Both the position numbers and the translations under genes were made by a program. From a virus, in IMG/VR virus record IMGVR_UViG_3300033142_000925, positions 16,784-80,783 of that record: DNA of 64,000 bases, one strand, 5' to 3'. Position 1 is the first letter of the stretch; every line of letters starts with the position of its first letter. Positions 40,292 to 48,867 of this stretch are shown piece after piece. A model generated the notes under the pieces. That model worked only from the letters and a program-made list of their open reading frames with translations. It was not told the origin of the DNA and did no database searches.

Positions 40292-41068
40292 CTACGGTAT
40301 CTGATCAAGTGTCAGATACGCAATTCCACCCGACGGGGCAGCTATAAGTTCAACCTCATGTACTGCCATCCGTACTTCAATCTGCTCCGTCAACCTTGAA
40401 GCCGCAGTAACTATAACGAACGTGGTGTTATTCAACCTCACAGAGTATGAGCCCTCTGTGGTCCCTGTTACAATAATACTAACTACGGGAGCGGGAACAC
40501 CTTCGATCACACCCCCACTGCTAACTTCAAGCAACTCAATAACACCGTCGGCATTTCTTCTTACAAATATCACGTTATACTTTGCATAAAACGCCGCGTT
40601 GTAACTATCCAAAGCCGTAGTGGGTACACCATACGGATCAGGAAGAGAACTTTGACCGGTCAGAGTTACACGTCTAAGGCCACCCGTGGTAGCCTCATCA
40701 TAATTGTTAGTAGCAGCACATTGAACTACTATCCAATAAGTAGCTCCGGCAACTAATGGAAAAGCTGCGATAACAGCAGAGTACCAACCCACCGTATTTA
40801 ATATCGTTGTACCCCTTCCGATGGCACTTACAATATTTCCGGGTCGATCATTTCCAGAATCATGATCATATAGAGCTATTTCAAAATCTTCAGAGGTATT
40901 CGACGCCAATGATTGATACCAGCCAAGTTCCTTAATTTCGTTTACACCCGCCGGGGCCGTGACCTTTATACCAATGGCGCTGTCACCCAAAGATTCACTT
41001 GTTCCAACGGGATCAACTGTAGGCGCAGTTAATACAAACCCCGCATTGGTTCCTGTTACTATAGCCAT
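40292..41068 (-). CDS. Putative head decoration/fibre protein; C-terminal domain paralogous to 41084-41371
   Basis: C-terminal ~90 aa closely matches neighbour (GSYSVRLNNTTFVI.TAA, GGIAYLTLDQ.P). Confidence 0.6.
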   Translation of the reverse strand: MAIVTGTNAGFVLTAPTVDPVGTSESLGDSAIGIKVTAPAGVNEIKELGWYQSLASNTSEDFEIALYDHDSGNDRPGNIVSAIGRGTTILNTVGWYSAVIAAFPLVAGATYWIVVQCAATNNYDEATTGGLRRVTLTGQSSLPDPYGVPTTALDSYNAAFYAKYNVIFVRRNADGVIELLEVSSGGVIEGVPAPVVSIIVTGTTEGSYSVRLNNTTFVIVTAASRLTEQIEVRMAVHEVELIAAPSGGIAYLTLDQIP

Positions 41069-41083
41069 CTATTCGTCCCCCGC

Positions 41084-41371
41084 TTACGGCATCTGATCGA
41101 GAGTGAGATATGCAATTCCGCCTGCCGGTACAGCTACAAGTTCAACCTCGTTCACTGACATTCTAACAAAAATCTGCTTGGTCAACTGAGCCGCCGCCGT
41201 GAGTATCACAAACGTGGTATTGTTCAACCGAACAGAATACGATCCCGCTGTAGCCCCGGATACAATGATACTTGTTACCGGAGCCGGAATGCCGTCAAGA
41301 GGTGTAGCATCACTGTTCGTGGCATTCATCTCAATGATACCGTCTGCCCTTCTTAAAATTGCTAAAGCCAT
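41084..41371 (-). CDS. Small putative structural protein
   Basis: GAGGAG RBS; paralogue of C-terminus of downstream gene. Confidence 0.7.
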   Translation of the reverse strand: MALAILRRADGIIEMNATNSDATPLDGIPAPVTSIIVSGATAGSYSVRLNNTTFVILTAAAQLTKQIFVRMSVNEVELVAVPAGGIAYLTLDQMP

Positions 41372-41390
41372 TTGTTACTCCTCATGCTTA

Positions 41391-41399
41391 ATTATAGCA
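41391..41399 (-). promoter_or_regulatory. Extended -10 promoter candidate
   Basis: TGCTATAAT upstream of RBS of 41371 gene. Confidence 0.45.
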
Positions 41400-41766
41400 C
41401 GTTCCGCCACTCCCAAAGAGTGCCGGTCTTGTCTGCTTCTATCAATAGAACCTTATCCTCATCCACGCACCGTAACCCGATGAGCCACACATGACTTCTG
41501 CTTGTGGACCCTCCACTTACGGATACCTGAACTGAGGTTCTTTTCCTGTATTCAATTTTAGTCTTTCCCATCTCGGGGAACTTGATACGACGCCCACCGT
41601 GTATGATGAACGTGTTACTCACGCAATCCACATAAATGGAGTTCGCATTCCATAGGAACATGATCGACTTGATCTGATCCTTGATAGCGAATAGGTCTTC
41701 GAACTTTACTTCGTGAGGGCTGGGTTCATTCTCAACCGACACGATTATTTCCAGTTTATCTTCCAC
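41392..41766 (-). CDS. Hypothetical protein
   Basis: 124-aa ORF, AGGAG RBS. Confidence 0.65.
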   Translation of the reverse strand: MEDKLEIIVSVENEPSPHEVKFEDLFAIKDQIKSIMFLWNANSIYVDCVSNTFIIHGGRRIKFPEMGKTKIEYRKRTSVQVSVSGGSTSRSHVWLIGLRCVDEDKVLLIEADKTGTLWEWRNVL

Positions 41767-41817
41767 TTCTCTCTTCTCCTGAGAAAATGCACAAACCCCC
41801 GATTAAGGGGGTAGCGC

Positions 41818-42351
41818 TTACTGTTCGTCGTACTGGAAAGTGATCGTTTTTTGGTTGAGCCCTCCTGCGGGAGTGTTCTCGGTCACATCCAGTTGCAGAA
41901 CTATCCAATCGCTGTACGCCGGGGCCGCAGTGATCTGGCCCGAAAGCCCGCCGCCTATCCCGATGTTGGCGCTGGCCGGTTCTACTTCAGGCATGACTTG
42001 ATCCGCATCTGCCGAGTCCGCTTCAATAGGCCCACCTACAAGGTAGGACGCTGCTGAGTAACCCGATATACGTAGATTTGTAGACATGCCCTCTTCTGTT
42101 AGCCATCCACCACCGAGATTCGACAACCATATTTTGATGTTGTCCACGATGGTGGACCCACCCATATCAGACACGAATAACCGGAGCCACTTCTCGAAAG
42201 CGTGACCGTCGGCTTGCGCGGTTATAGGGTAAGTTGCAGGGACCAACTCCGAAGAGTCATCGGACCCCATATTGATATTGTTCGGATCGACCGTTTCTAC
42301 GGAACCGGCCTGCGGACCATTTGTCTCCGCTATGACGACTGTGGCAGCCAT
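41818..42351 (-). CDS. Putative structural (Ig-like) protein
   Basis: FEKWLR, SDWIVLQL.V...TPAG......TFQYDE. Confidence 0.6.
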   Translation of the reverse strand: MAATVVIAETNGPQAGSVETVDPNNINMGSDDSSELVPATYPITAQADGHAFEKWLRLFVSDMGGSTIVDNIKIWLSNLGGGWLTEEGMSTNLRISGYSAASYLVGGPIEADSADADQVMPEVEPASANIGIGGGLSGQITAAPAYSDWIVLQLDVTENTPAGGLNQKTITFQYDEQ

Positions 42352-42354
42352 GGG

Positions 42355-42678
42355 TTATTCAGCCCACGCAAGCCATGTCACGATCAGAGCATCCCCGGAG
42401 GTATCAGTTCCGCCTGTATTGTCAATTTCAGCGTCCACTCGGATCAACTGACCCTCATCAGTATTCAAAACAAACTCTGCGGTCCTATCTACCAGTGCAG
42501 CGGTTGTGGTTGTCACCTCAATAACGCTCACAAGCTGATCGCCCTTCTTGATGTCAGCAACAGTAAAAATACCTGCGGTGGAACCATCAATAGGTGCCTG
42601 ACGTACAAAAGGCGTCGGACGCTCAAGCATCTGTCGCCATATTGGAATAGCTCTCTGGATTCTTTCTTTAAAACTCAT
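42355..42678 (-). CDS. Putative head decoration protein
   Basis: Directly after MCP; IKKGDQLVSV, DTSGDALIVTW; start 42678 with AGGAG. Confidence 0.55.
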   Translation of the reverse strand: MSFKERIQRAIPIWRQMLERPTPFVRQAPIDGSTAGIFTVADIKKGDQLVSVIEVTTTTAALVDRTAEFVLNTDEGQLIRVDAEIDNTGGTDTSGDALIVTWLAWAE

Positions 42679-42699
42679 TTCATTTTCTCCTCGATCAAG

Positions 42700-42733
42700 A
42701 TAACCGGGAGCCCTCATTGAGGACCCCCGTTAT
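42700..42733 (-). terminator. Stem-loop after major capsid gene (stabiliser or weak terminator)
   Basis: AUAACGGGGGUCCUCA-A-UGAGGGCUCCCGGUUAU. Confidence 0.55.
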
Positions 42734-42763
42734 GAATAATCTCAATTCAAAAGGTCAACGACC

Positions 42764-44158
42764 TTAGAACCAACCGAGATTAGCTGGACTGACATTTTTG
42801 ATGTAAGCGTGCTGCTCTTCTTTCTTCAGCGCCAAGGCACCAAATAAGAGCATGAGGAAAGGATACACGGCTTCATTTGTGGGATACAAATCGAATTTCA
42901 TTAATGGCAAAAATTGAAACCACTCTATCGCATCGTATATCTCATCCATGGTAAGGATGAAGATGTCAGATGTTCCGGGGAGGCTCGCATTGTCGTCAAC
43001 GATTGCATCTGCATCGCCGTCCACATAGGTTGAAAAATATCCCATGAAACGAACATCGCTGCCGTCGGCTGCACCCACTTTGGACCTGTATACCGCATAA
43101 GCGGTGATCGAGGCGTCAGGGGTAACCGATACGGAAAATACGTTCGTATCGCCGACAGTCGTAATAGTATCAGAATCTTCAGTGGAGGCAAGGCCCTCAC
43201 CATATCGATTCACTGCGGAAACTTTATAGTGATACTCACCAAGGTCCCCTGCTGCAAAGTACGAATCGCCGGTTGCTGTTCTGGTAATGCTGTTGATGGT
43301 GACCTGTGCAGGTCGAAGCGCTGTCAGGGTTGAAGCTACGGGAGCCGCACCTTCGTTGATGAATACGTCATCGAGCATTTCCAGTTTCCCGAATGGAGTC
43401 GGATACTCATTGAATATGGCAGCACCAACATCCTGACCTGACTGAAACCGCACGCGATCTCTGATCAAGTTCTGAAGATCCTGATGGACCATGGTGGAAG
43501 AAAGCAGCAAGCTACCTTTTCCATACTGATCACGAATCTGGCGTGAGCCATCATTGATCAGTTTTTCTACCGATGAACCGGAAGCAGTCGCCCCACGTGC
43601 ATCAAGCACATTGGATGTAGCCTGCTGTTTGATTCCTTTCGGCTGTTCGGGAAAGATTGTGTCATTCCCGTTAAACATTGCCTTCTCAACTTCGCGGATT
43701 ACCCACAAAGCTCCGGCATTCTGTTCAATGGTCAGGGCATTCTCGATCATGTTCGAGAGAGTCGCCTGCAAAGTCGCCTTTCGGAGAGTCTGCAAGTACT
43801 TGGCTGTCTCATACACACGAGCAATGGTCTGGTCAGCTTCCTGACTCTGGCCACCTTCAGGCACCCATGCTCCATCGCTGGAACCTACTGCCGTACGCTT
43901 GTCCCACTGGTGAACAGGGCTGGCTATGGGTTTCTTTTTCACCCGCTGGAAGAGGCGAGCCTCATCCTGCGACCACAACACGTTTACGAGCGTGTTTTCA
44001 AGGGATTCCGGGATCAATGCACGGCCACCAGCAAACCCGCTGGCGTCTACACCTGATCCGGCTTCTAACGCTTTAGTGAGTTCCTGTAGGACCTCAACGT
44101 TACCGAAGTCTCCGTGTCCCACGAAGTTCTGAGGGAATAGTTCAGGATTTATGTTCAT
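42764..44158 (-). CDS. Major capsid protein (SPO1/Twort-like)
   Basis: ELTKALEAG, GRAL.PESLE..L, EKAMFNG..PKGI, QFLPLMK.DL, LFGALALK; after protease and scaffold. Confidence 0.92.
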   Translation of the reverse strand: MNINPELFPQNFVGHGDFGNVEVLQELTKALEAGSGVDASGFAGGRALIPESLENTLVNVLWSQDEARLFQRVKKKPIASPVHQWDKRTAVGSSDGAWVPEGGQSQEADQTIARVYETAKYLQTLRKATLQATLSNMIENALTIEQNAGALWVIREVEKAMFNGNDTIFPEQPKGIKQQATSNVLDARGATASGSSVEKLINDGSRQIRDQYGKGSLLLSSTMVHQDLQNLIRDRVRFQSGQDVGAAIFNEYPTPFGKLEMLDDVFINEGAAPVASTLTALRPAQVTINSITRTATGDSYFAAGDLGEYHYKVSAVNRYGEGLASTEDSDTITTVGDTNVFSVSVTPDASITAYAVYRSKVGAADGSDVRFMGYFSTYVDGDADAIVDDNASLPGTSDIFILTMDEIYDAIEWFQFLPLMKFDLYPTNEAVYPFLMLLFGALALKKEEQHAYIKNVSPANLGWF

Positions 44159-44839
44159 TTAATTACCCTCCTTCATGAGCGCTTCAACCTTCTGGTCTAC
44201 CCGGTCATTCCGGTTTCCCAGTTGGTTCTTGTTGATGCGTCCCTCGATCATACCGGCCTCAGTGAGGTCGATCTTCCCGGCGCGGACCCATTCTCGTGAT
44301 TTCTGAAGCACGGTCATATTGTCGTACTCCACTTTCCCGCCTTCAAATCGGCTCTTATTCAGAACCTTGACGGACTGGCTTCGAACCGGAGTGCCCCCGA
44401 TCTGACGGATCATATCGGCTGTACTTTTTTCGAGTTTGGCAGTCATCAGGAGAACTTCTCCCTGACTCTTCACCATTTTCTCTACCCGGTTGAACTTTGC
44501 CTGCATGGACTTGCTTAGCTGCATGATGGTTTCATCCATCGCTTTAGTAAGCTGGCGCAGGAAAGGTTCGACATCAATTGCCGCAGCCGCGTTCGGATCT
44601 TCGGCAAGGATTTCAGAGATGGACTTTTCGTAATCCATATCCTCTTCTTCCTCTTCCTCAGACTCGTCTTCGTCTTCGGCATCTTTTGACTTGCCCTTGG
44701 GCTCGTCGTCATCTTTGGCCTTCCGAAGTGATTCTTCCGAATCGGATTCCAACGACTTCTGGAGGTCGGTCAAGGCGTCGTTGAAATCCTTTTCGATGAG
44801 TTCATCATCCAGAAGAACTTCTTGTATTGCTTCACTCAT
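44159..44839 (-). CDS. Scaffolding protein
   Basis: Acidic/coiled coil; many x-x-K-[AS] sites (LQKS, LRKA, YEKS, LTKA, LSKS, LEKS, LNKS, LQKS). Confidence 0.75.
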   Translation of the reverse strand: MSEAIQEVLLDDELIEKDFNDALTDLQKSLESDSEESLRKAKDDDEPKGKSKDAEDEDESEEEEEEDMDYEKSISEILAEDPNAAAAIDVEPFLRQLTKAMDETIMQLSKSMQAKFNRVEKMVKSQGEVLLMTAKLEKSTADMIRQIGGTPVRSQSVKVLNKSRFEGGKVEYDNMTVLQKSREWVRAGKIDLTEAGMIEGRINKNQLGNRNDRVDQKVEALMKEGN

Positions 44840-44865
44840 ACTGTGAAACCCTCCAAGTGATATTT

Positions 44866-45663
44866 TTACCTTCCCGCCCCAACAACGTTAGGGATTTTCC
44901 GGGATAGGTAGTTGATAATTTTAGCTGCTGAATTGCCTTCATATCCTCTATCGTATACGAAGTTAAGCATGTCATTATAGCTACCAATCTTATTATCTCT
45001 GACTGCTTTTAAAAGGTCACCAAACATTCCCCGTAGTTCTTCCGGGGGAACCATATTGTCGACCGTTGATCCCTGAAGACTCTCAGGACTGAGGGCACGA
45101 CCGCCTGTAAATACAGACGCATCTACTCCACCACCCGCCATGAGTGCTTTAGCGAAAGCGGCGAACGGTACCATCTGAACACCACCAAGAGTCCCATCAT
45201 TGACGGGCCTATGTGTGATCGCGGTTTCGTCCCATATAACTTGCTTGATTGCATTCTCGCTCTTTTGGAGAATACCACCACCGATTGAAGCGCCGAGGCG
45301 CTTTGCCCCACTCTGGATATTCTTCCAAACCTTCTGTGCGATGTCGTTGGCCTGATACAGATAACCTTTTACAAGGGTCCTGTGATCTTTAGTGAACTTC
45401 ACTTCCAACGGTTCGCCGATGATGAATCCCGGATCATGTGTCGCTTTATGCTTGTGATCCCACGATAGAACACCGTGCGAGAGGAAGTAGTCGGCGGCTT
45501 TCTGTAAGGCCGCCATGTCTACGGTCTCTCCGTCCTGATCTTTCATCTCGTTAGAGGCTTGGAGATAGACTATCCACTGCCCATTTTCTTCGGCGCCCTT
45601 GATAAGGACATCGCTGAATGGGCTGTAGAATGGGTTGCTAAGCTGTGCAATTCCCTGTCTCAT
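44866..45663 (-). CDS. Prohead protease
   Basis: ASNEMKDQDGE, LSWDH, IIGEP, LGASIGG, AITHRPVN. Confidence 0.88.
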   Translation of the reverse strand: MRQGIAQLSNPFYSPFSDVLIKGAEENGQWIVYLQASNEMKDQDGETVDMAALQKAADYFLSHGVLSWDHKHKATHDPGFIIGEPLEVKFTKDHRTLVKGYLYQANDIAQKVWKNIQSGAKRLGASIGGGILQKSENAIKQVIWDETAITHRPVNDGTLGGVQMVPFAAFAKALMAGGGVDASVFTGGRALSPESLQGSTVDNMVPPEELRGMFGDLLKAVRDNKIGSYNDMLNFVYDRGYEGNSAAKIINYLSRKIPNVVGAGR

Positions 45664-45680
45664 CGTTTCACTCTCCCATT

Positions 45681-45725
45681 AAAAAAACCCATCTCACCTG
45701 ATATTGCAATATCAGCCAAGATGGG
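45681..45725 (-). terminator. Intrinsic terminator/attenuator in protease leader
   Basis: CCCAUCU..AGAUGGG stem enclosing perfect 18-bp palindrome CTGATATTGCAATATCAG, then U7, immediately before protease RBS. Confidence 0.7.
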
Positions 45726-45790
45726 GCTTCAATGAGCCTCTTTTAGTAAAGGTCCAAATGGTCACTCGGGAATCCATTTGCCTTAATTAA

Positions 45791-45799
45791 ACTATACCA
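45791..45799 (-). promoter_or_regulatory. Extended -10 promoter candidate for protease-scaffold-capsid operon
   Basis: TGGTATAGT overlapping stop codon of upstream gene. Confidence 0.4.
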
Positions 45800-46190
45800 C
45801 AGGATGGCCGTTTGAAACAAGTGCTTTGCAGTGGCGACATTTCACCTCCACAAGTGCCTTCTCTAACCCTCGACCTTTCAACAGAAGAGCGCCGCAATCA
45901 GGACACCGAAACTCATCAAGGTCCCCTCCAATCACAAGATTGAAACTCTTCTTGACTGTTTTCTTCCAATCCTTCTTGCCGCCCTTCCACTCATCCACTG
46001 TTTGCTTCTTCTTCGCTCGTTCCTTACTGAACTTCGGTTTGAACTCACCCGTCCGGGCCATACGTTTATAGATTCCTACAATGTACTCGTAGTCCTCACC
46101 GTGACCTTGTTCTTCGGCGCGTTCTTTGGCGAGCTTCCACTTCTCTTCGTCGAAGGGCTCACCATGTACCGTCTTCCAGTTAGGAGGCAT
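45792..46190 (-). CDS. Protein with C-terminal Mu Com-like Zn ribbon
   Basis: EFRCPDCGALLLKG.....VEVKCRHCKALV; N-terminal helical domain EEKWKLAK..IVGIYKRM. Confidence 0.75.
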   Translation of the reverse strand: MPPNWKTVHGEPFDEEKWKLAKERAEEQGHGEDYEYIVGIYKRMARTGEFKPKFSKERAKKKQTVDEWKGGKKDWKKTVKKSFNLVIGGDLDEFRCPDCGALLLKGRGLEKALVEVKCRHCKALVSNGHPVV

Positions 46191-46195
46191 TTGAT

Positions 46196-46534
46196 TTATT
46201 CGCCGAATACTTTCGGAAAGCTCTTCACCAAAAGGTCTAACTCCACGGCGGAAAGAGAGCGGGCTGCAAGTCTTTTCATTGCAACGCGAAGGTCTTCCAC
46301 ATCCAACGGTTTCACTTTCTTCGCTTTCGCTTTGGGTGCTTTCACAACTTCTGCTTCACTGGTTTTCTCAACCGCTCCCTCATCAGGCTCGGTTGCCGGG
46401 GTCTCAACGGTGGGAGTATCTGCTCCGGTTTCGTTGATCTCTTCGTCCTTAGATTTTTCGTCTCCTGCTGTCAGCACATCGGCCTCCTTGTCTTTGTCTC
46501 TTGCCATCGGTTTGTCTCCTTGCCCGCTCTTCAC
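46196..46534 (-). CDS. Acidic/lysine-rich hypothetical protein (start may be 46507)
   Basis: Low-complexity ORF; LVKS near C-terminus. Confidence 0.6.
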   Translation of the reverse strand: MKSGQGDKPMARDKDKEADVLTAGDEKSKDEEINETGADTPTVETPATEPDEGAVEKTSEAEVVKAPKAKAKKVKPLDVEDLRVAMKRLAARSLSAVELDLLVKSFPKVFGE

Positions 46535-46552
46535 GGGTTATTTAATACTCTA

Positions 46553-46561
46553 AGTATATCA
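46553..46561 (-). promoter_or_regulatory. Extended -10 promoter candidate
   Basis: TGATATACT with adjacent palindrome AGGTCC-N3-GGACCT (46563-46577). Confidence 0.4.
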
Positions 46562-46602
46562 CAGGTCCAACGGACCTCAAAACCTTGTTCTGCTATAATT
46601 GT

Positions 46603-47766
46603 CTAATTCCACGGGGTCGGTTTGATCAATTTTTCAGGATCGTCTATAGGCTTCTGAAGCCTTGCGCCCTCCCGCATAGCCGCCTCCATAGACGCTCTGA
46701 ACTTCGCATCGATGTCCTCAAACCCCTGAATGTACTTCACCCACGTACATCGACAGTGCGGGTGCTGAGTCCCAGCAGCTACCCACCAGTCAGCACGTCG
46801 GCGGCCATAGTTGTCTTTCCCCGGCCAGATCGCAGTGTACATTGTACCATCTATCATTACCTGATCGCCACTGTCAGGGGGTTCCGGCAATAGGACCACG
46901 ACCCTATCATTCACTTGACCCACACAAAACGGGCACGCCTCCGATGAGGATATGCCCTTCATGAATATCGTTTCATCCGGTCGCGCCCGGTCCATCTCTG
47001 TAATGAGTTGACCGTTGTTCATGGAGTTTCCGATCTCGGTCTCAGCTATACGCCGCCAGTCCCGATTCATCTCTCCGAACTTATCGAATAGATTCTCCCG
47101 GAGTTCCCGGTGACTCTGCCGATTCTTGATACCAGTTTGTAGGGTGTCATGGATCTTTTTGTACTGGTTCTGCTTCAGGTCCACAATCAACTCACCAGCG
47201 TGTTGCTGAGCAAAAGCTACGGTGTTCTGCCATAGCGGACCCTTCAGTTTGTTCATAGTGTCATCTACTGCATCCCGGACACTCAGATATCCGGCAGACA
47301 GAGAATCGTCAATGCTCATACCTTTGAGCAGCTTCCCCAGCGCAAGAGCGTGAGATGCGATCCGTTCCTCTTCTGGTGCATAGATATAATTGAATACCTT
47401 CAGGATGTCCCGCTTGATGATCTTCCACTGGCCTTTTGTCAACGGCTTCCCACTCTTTGGATCTATGAATATTCGGTTGTTCAACAGGAAGGGATCAGTC
47501 GAGGCTTTCGCCATGCCGATCCACTTCGAGGATATGACATTGTACATCTTGATCAGGTGCCGCTCGATACGGTCCTTGCTGAATGCTTCCAGTTCCCGGA
47601 CAGATCGAAACGGGGAGACCTCTTTCTGCTGTCTCTCAGAGTCGTATCCCAGCGCCTTGGTCAGCGCTGTTATTGCTTTGTCAAACTTCAATTCGGGATG
47701 GTGATGAAGGTTCTTGAGTTCAAGTACTATATGTGATTCACGAGTTTGAGAGCAAAGTTCACACAC
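46603..47766 (-). CDS. MuF / SPP1 gp7-like minor head protein
   Basis: DWRRIAETEI..MNNG, ACPFC, HPHCRCTW; GTG 47766 with GGAGG. Confidence 0.85.
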   Translation of the reverse strand: MCELCSQTRESHIVLELKNLHHHPELKFDKAITALTKALGYDSERQQKEVSPFRSVRELEAFSKDRIERHLIKMYNVISSKWIGMAKASTDPFLLNNRIFIDPKSGKPLTKGQWKIIKRDILKVFNYIYAPEEERIASHALALGKLLKGMSIDDSLSAGYLSVRDAVDDTMNKLKGPLWQNTVAFAQQHAGELIVDLKQNQYKKIHDTLQTGIKNRQSHRELRENLFDKFGEMNRDWRRIAETEIGNSMNNGQLITEMDRARPDETIFMKGISSSEACPFCVGQVNDRVVVLLPEPPDSGDQVMIDGTMYTAIWPGKDNYGRRRADWWVAAGTQHPHCRCTWVKYIQGFEDIDAKFRASMEAAMREGARLQKPIDDPEKLIKPTPWN

Positions 47767-47968
47767 GTCCGTGGCCCCTCCCTGCAAGGAAGGAACAATA
47801 GTTCAACCAGATCGAGGTATCCGTGGTCAGGTAGTCTTTTATCATTCTGCTACCCTCATCCATACTCCGATTCAGTGCGGCTTTAATATTTTTAGGGGGA
47901 GCTTTCCGGCCCATGTACTTACACCACTTTGCGAACCTGTCACCGGTTCTTAATGCTTCTGATCTCAT
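47759..47968 (-). CDS. Hypothetical protein
   Basis: 69 aa; overlaps both neighbours. Confidence 0.55.
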   Translation of the reverse strand: MRSEALRTGDRFAKWCKYMGRKAPPKNIKAALNRSMDEGSRMIKDYLTTDTSIWLNYCSFLAGRGHGRV

Positions 47969-48867
47969 GCTCCATACCTCTCCATATAGTTCCGATACCC
48001 TGACGAATGCTCCATCCTGAAGATGAAGTTATTCCGGGTACGCTTACTCGCGATCTGGTTCAGTAGGAATGCCTTGGCGAACGAATATGGAATCTTGATC
48101 TCCGCCTTCGCTGTCGCCCGTGTACGTTCCTTCTTTTTAACAATCTGCTTCACTCGGATCGTGAGGCTATCACCTTTATATTTCAGGTCCATGTCCTCAG
48201 CTTTCTTCGGGAGAATCCATTTCTTCTTCCCATTCGGTAACCCGGCTGTCAGCTTCGCAACCTTGGTTTTTATCATAGCACGAATATGAGAAGTAGACAG
48301 GTCCCCGGTCACTGACCAGCCGCCCATCCTCTTCTTTTCAGTCTTCACTCGGGACGCTTTCATAACCGGCAGCGCCGTGTCGTGCTTGCCTTCCTCATAG
48401 GTCCTGTATTCCTTGCCTTTCTTCGAGGTCTTTGTAATCGTCAGCTTGACCTTGGGCTTGGTAGAAAATCGTTCCTTCAATTGAATCAGTGACCGACCGA
48501 TCAGGTCCACAACTGCTTTCTTGTCACCAACAGGTGCGGGGGTTGATTTTACCCGGTCGACCACATCCTTATAGATTTGATGGGCCGTATCCGCTGGACC
48601 GTTCTTGATCGCTTCTACCAGACCCTCGAATCCTTTGATGTTCCGGGCCTGCATAACAGCGTCAACCTCGCTGCCAAGGTTGGTTGTCATTGCATAGTTG
48701 AAATATTCCCGGCCACGTCGCCACGAGTCAGCGAGTACCTGCTTTTCACCTTTCTGACCGCCCTCTACGACAACCCATTTCTTGCCGACCTTCTTACGGG
48801 TTGTCCCGTCGGCCCATGTGTGGGTTTCGCCCTGTGCGGCTGCCTTAGCTTTCAGTATCAGGTTCAT
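47965..48867 (-). CDS. Basic putative internal head protein
   Basis: Starts MNLILKA then GETHTWADG..RKKVGKKWV hairpin; Lys-rich. Confidence 0.6.
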   Translation of the reverse strand: MNLILKAKAAAQGETHTWADGTTRKKVGKKWVVVEGGQKGEKQVLADSWRRGREYFNYAMTTNLGSEVDAVMQARNIKGFEGLVEAIKNGPADTAHQIYKDVVDRVKSTPAPVGDKKAVVDLIGRSLIQLKERFSTKPKVKLTITKTSKKGKEYRTYEEGKHDTALPVMKASRVKTEKKRMGGWSVTGDLSTSHIRAMIKTKVAKLTAGLPNGKKKWILPKKAEDMDLKYKGDSLTIRVKQIVKKKERTRATAKAEIKIPYSFAKAFLLNQIASKRTRNNFIFRMEHSSGYRNYMERYGA

